In this document: piece by piece, positions 59,808 to 64,000 of the stretch
Layout of the letters: the number at the start of each line of letters is the position of its first letter
Position numbering within the stretch: position 1 is the stretch's first letter
From: Eledone cirrhosa
Lineage: Eukaryota
DNA length: 64,000 nt
Direction: 5' to 3'
Assembly: GCA_964016885.1 (NCBI GenBank)
Contig: OZ024751.1
Location: 38,750,001 to 38,814,000 of the forward strand
Program-made: the position numbers and the translations under genes
Notes under the pieces: generated by a model
What the model was told of the DNA's origin: nothing
The model's database searches: none
The model's input: the letters and a program-made list of their open reading frames with translations, nothing else

Positions 59808-60205
59808 GTCAGAATTGGTAGAGTGTCGAATGAAATGACATTGCGATATTTCTCTTAGCATTTTACATTCGGCTTTCAAATAAAATTGAGGCCAAGTTCT
59901 TCTTTCATTCTTTCGGGGTCGAGGAGTTCTAGTAAATTGTTAGAGTTGGTTTAATCAATTCTTCCGTTTCCCCAAATTGTCTGGCCTTGTGCTGCATTTA
60001 GAAATCATTATCTGGTGGATTAGCAGTATCGGCAGAGAGTCGGGTCGGACGCCATGCTTTGACGTATAGATTTACGGCCCTTGCCATTCTGAGTTCAAAT
60101 CCCGCCGAGGTTAACTTTGCTTTTCATCCTTACGGGGTCTATAAAATATAGTACCAATAATGTACTGGGTAATTGCTGGCCTTGTGCCAAAAGTAGAAAC
60201 AGTTA
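59808..60205 (+). mobile_element. Old SINE (59808-60010) with a young SINE (60013-60205) inserted at its tail
   Basis: Consensus matches; TTATCT is duplicated around the young copy. Confidence 0.85.
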
Positions 60206-61216
60206 TCTATAATAAGACCTCTGTTCTGGTGAAAGAATAGAAATCGATGGACTCCAGGTGCTGACACACACACTCACTCTAAGCAGAAAGGAATTTAAAA
60301 GCCTACTTATTTTTATACCCTGTAAGTGCATCATATATTGTTAGAGCCCGAAATTTTATATGCTCTTTTCACGTAGCTTTATTTATTAACTAAGAGGATA
60401 TATAATTATTAAATATTTACGATACTACTGAAATGTTTATTGTGGTCAATTACAGAGCATTTAATATTCAGTGGTGATCATATCATCACATTATTGATTA
60501 TTTTAATCCTTACCTGATGGAATATCTCCTATCATATCAGCAAATATGTTGCTGGAGATTAGAAAAGAGGGAAACTGAAACTACATTTATCGTCAATCAT
60601 AAATATTGTTCCTCTTTGGTATTAATCTAAATACATGATAACATATGCCGAACGAATCAACGTATTTAATGACAACATTAAAAAATAATCAATTATTTAC
60701 TCGTGTTTTTAAATAGAAACACATTGTTAGAATATATACAGGAATGTATTTCTAGCTACTTTAATATGCAGCGGAAGTTATTGATGGTATTTTATGATCA
60801 GTAAACAGTAAATCCGGAAGTAATGGCAATTGTAGTTTCTCTTTCAATATATTTTTAGTATTTGATACAATTAATTTGCATTCCATTTCCTAGTTAAACA
60901 TTAACTTTTTCATAAAACCTCCATATATATTTATTTTAATCAACACAACCCACTGATAAATTGGATGCGAAGACATCTCTCAATGAAAATACATGTGGAT
61001 TGTCGGAAATTCAAATCAATTACCCAGTGTGTATGTATGTATGGACCCGCATATTCTGGTGGAACTCTATTGGTTCTGTAAGGATATACAACCTGTCCAG
61101 AGTATCGTTAAACTGTCGGAACCCTTCTCTTCATTCAGTGTCAATATAGCTGATTGTTTTCCAACGAAATGGTATAATAGAGGAGAAGAGGAGACGAAAT
61201 ATAGAATGCTCTGATA

Positions 61217-61335
61217 TTTTATCAACATCTAGAGGGCGAAATACAAAGGTGACCTCAATTGGATTTGAGTTCCTGTCGCAGGGAGCCGAAGCAAACACCG
61301 CAAGACATTCTATCTGACGTGCTAAAGATTCTTCC
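61217..61335 (-). mobile_element. Old degenerate SINE fragment
   Basis: TTTTATCAAC...GACCTC...GGATTTGAGTTC...GCAAGACATT...TGACGTGCTAAAGATTCT. Confidence 0.5.
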
Positions 61336-61348
61336 TATGCGCTACTTC

Positions 61349-61737
61349 AGGTGAATTGGCAGTATCGGTAGAGGATCGGACGCCATGCTTTGACGCATAG
61401 AGTTACGGCCCTTGCCATTCTGAGTTCAAATCCCGTCGAGGTTAACTTTCCCTTTCATCCTAACGGGGGTCGATAAAATAAAGTACCAGTAATACACTGG
61501 GATAATTGCTGGCCTTGTCCCTATTGTAGAAACAATTATATTATCTAATTAGATGGATTGGCAGAATCAGTAGAGCGTCAGACACTATTCTTTGCAGCAT
61601 AGTGTTATGGCTCTTTATGTTCTGAGTTCAAATCCTGACAATGTTAGCTTTGCCTTTCATCCTTATGGGATCGATAAAATAAAGTACCAGTAATGCACTG
61701 GGATAATTGCTGCCTTGTGCCAAAATTAGAAACAATT
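61349..61737 (+). mobile_element. Tandem dimer of main SINE (61349-61539, 61553-61737)
   Basis: Two full copies; ATTATCTAATTAGAT is duplicated at 61540 and 61740. Confidence 0.92.
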
Positions 61738-62597
61738 TTATTATCTAATTAGATAAAATAGCATAAAAAGAAAGAACTGCCTTTATCTCCACTATAGCAA
61801 TCCCATTACTGTCCAGTTGATATATTATCCTTAAATAGGTACCACAGTATGTACAACTCATCACATGAGGTTCAATATATCATTGTTACTGTGCCGCCAT
61901 ATATTTCTAAACTTGTGATAAATTACAAAATTAATAATTGTAATGTTGTTATTTAGTTATTTTGTTTAGCGAAAGATAACGCCTGATCGAGCAGAACTTT
62001 GATCAAATGAAATTTTCATCATAGATATGATGCTTTGCTTGTGGATAGGGGTTAGTATATGAGCAGGGACATTTTTCAACATGCTCTTTCGTATGAAGTA
62101 GATTCCTTTGCTTTATCTAGACCTTCCCGTGTTGTTCTTATGGAGTTTTTTTCTTAAGATTGACAACGTTAATCATAATGACAATGATGGTAATGACAAA
62201 AACGAAGGTGTTGTTTGGGCTAGATTTTAACTGATGTCATTTAATTAGTGATTTACGATTATGTTTCCTGTATATGGCTGTGCTTCACTTAATTTATTTT
62301 CAATGATAGGATTTCTTAGTTGTTCTGTTTTGTATTTCAATTGAGTTTCTTTTTTTTTATGCCTCTTCGTGTTTGAATAATCCTTTTTGTTTAACCAAGC
62401 ATTCATTATTGGTTGCTTATCTTCCGTTTCAAAGACAGCAAAGTATTTATAGAGCTCTGTATCGACAGCAATAAACAAGGGACAAAGAATAGCGAAAGGA
62501 AAACAGCAGTTAAAACAGATATATAGATAGACATACACTTATAGGAAGAGAGCGACACGCACAATAAAGAGATGGCGGATATATACGCATACACACA

Positions 62598-62639
<42 letters not shown>

Positions 62640-62865
62640 CATATATAAATGTGTGTATGTGTGTGTACGTGTGTGTGTATTGGAAGAGGCAGAGAGCGGG
62701 GTCTAACTTTAAGAAGGGGTAAAGTGTGAGGGATGTATTAAAATGCAAAAAAAAAAAACAGATAAAGAAGTGGAGTTGGACAGAGACGAAATAGAAGTAA
62801 ATATAACTATTTTGCTCGATGTTGGCCCAGGTTTTGTACAGGGAGCCAGAGCATTGTAGCAGTGT

Positions 62866-62978
<113 letters not shown>

Positions 62979-63100
62979 TATATATATACATACATATATA
63001 ATATGTATATAAGCATATATATTTACACACACACACATATATATATGCATATATATACATAAATACACATATATGTGTATATATATATATACACGTATAT

Positions 63101-63133
<33 letters not shown>

Positions 63134-63410
63134 AAGTATACTTGTATATATAAAAAATTCGACGGGACGAGGATAGGGAGGGTAAAATATCGAGAGAAAT
63201 TTTGAGAACAAATTTGTAGGTGAAAGAATATAAAAAGCAAGTTAACAGGAAGTATTAAACACGATAATAACAAACACATGACATTAGAAGAGAATAGATG
63301 CTCTTGTTAATACGTCATTGTTAATGGCTGACAAAGAAGTGAGGCGTGCGGATCATTAATAAACAGGAAAGAATGGATAGAATGGTGATGGGGAGAGAAC
63401 ATAATAAATA

Positions 63411-63938
63411 AATAATTGTTTCTACTTTAGGCACAAGGCCAGCAATTATCCCAGTACATTACTGGTACTTTATTTTATCGACCCCGAAAGGATGAAAGGC
63501 AAAGTCAACCTCGGCGGGATTTGAATAAATAATTGTTTCTACTTTAGGCACAAAGCCAGCAATTATCCCAGTACATTACTGGTACTTTATTTTATCGAAC
63601 TCGTAAGGATGAAAGGCAAAGTTAACCTCGGCGGGATTTGAACTCAGAATAGAAAGGGCTGTAACTCTTTGCATCAAAGCATGGCGTCCGACCCTCTACC
63701 GATACTGCCAATCCACCGGGATTTGAATAAATAATTGTTTCTACTTTAGGCACAAGGCCAGCAATTACCCAGTGCATTACTGGTACTTTATTTTATCGAC
63801 CCTGTAAGGATGAAAGGCAAAGTCAACCTCGGCGGGATTTGAACTCAGATCATAAAGGGACGTAACTATGCTGGAAAGCATGGCGTCCGACCCTCTACCG
63901 ATACTGCCAATCCACCATACGGGATTTGAATAAATAAT
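63411..63938 (-). mobile_element. Tandem trimer of main SINE (63411-63525 truncated, 63528-63717, 63730-63916)
   Basis: The 19-bp CGGGATTTGAATAAATAAT occurs at 63515, 63717 and 63920. Confidence 0.93.
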
Positions 63939-63963
63939 GAAAGATGAACAGACACACGCACAG

Positions 63964-63998
<35 letters not shown>

Positions 63999-64000
63999 AA

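Noticed and set aside
59438-59821. 127-aa ORF with protein-like middle (EDTDSG...)
   Set aside because: It starts in a repeat element and microsatellite, with no splice acceptor or recognised homology.
63411-63938. Repeat-spacer appearance suggesting CRISPR
   Set aside because: The 'spacers' are ~185-bp homologous SINE copies and the repeats are TSDs. The context is eukaryotic with no cas genes.

Overview
This is AT-rich, microsatellite-saturated animal genomic DNA. The dispersed SINE family and repeat style suggest an octopod cephalopod, which is an inference from memory and not database-checked. No intact protein-coding gene is visible, and nearly all listed ORFs are translations of (TA)n/(CA)n/(GA)n tracts. 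The window holds about 25 copies of one tRNA-derived SINE family, often stacked in tandem on re-duplicated target sites, plus fragments of other SINEs, a hAT-like MITE with an 8-bp TSD and the 3' end of an R4/Dong-like non-LTR retrotransposon. The main observation is a set of at least 6-7 sequence-unrelated families of short (80-650 bp) elements, nearly all inserted in (TA)n tracts and mostly fold-back palindromes. They carry type I hammerhead-ribozyme motifs (CUGANGA...GAAA...NUH, often with palindromic stem III). They resemble Penelope-like element (PLE) pseudo-LTR ends or retrozyme-like derivatives, and several inversion or truncation points fall on ribozyme structural landmarks. All folding was done by eye and no activity is demonstrated.
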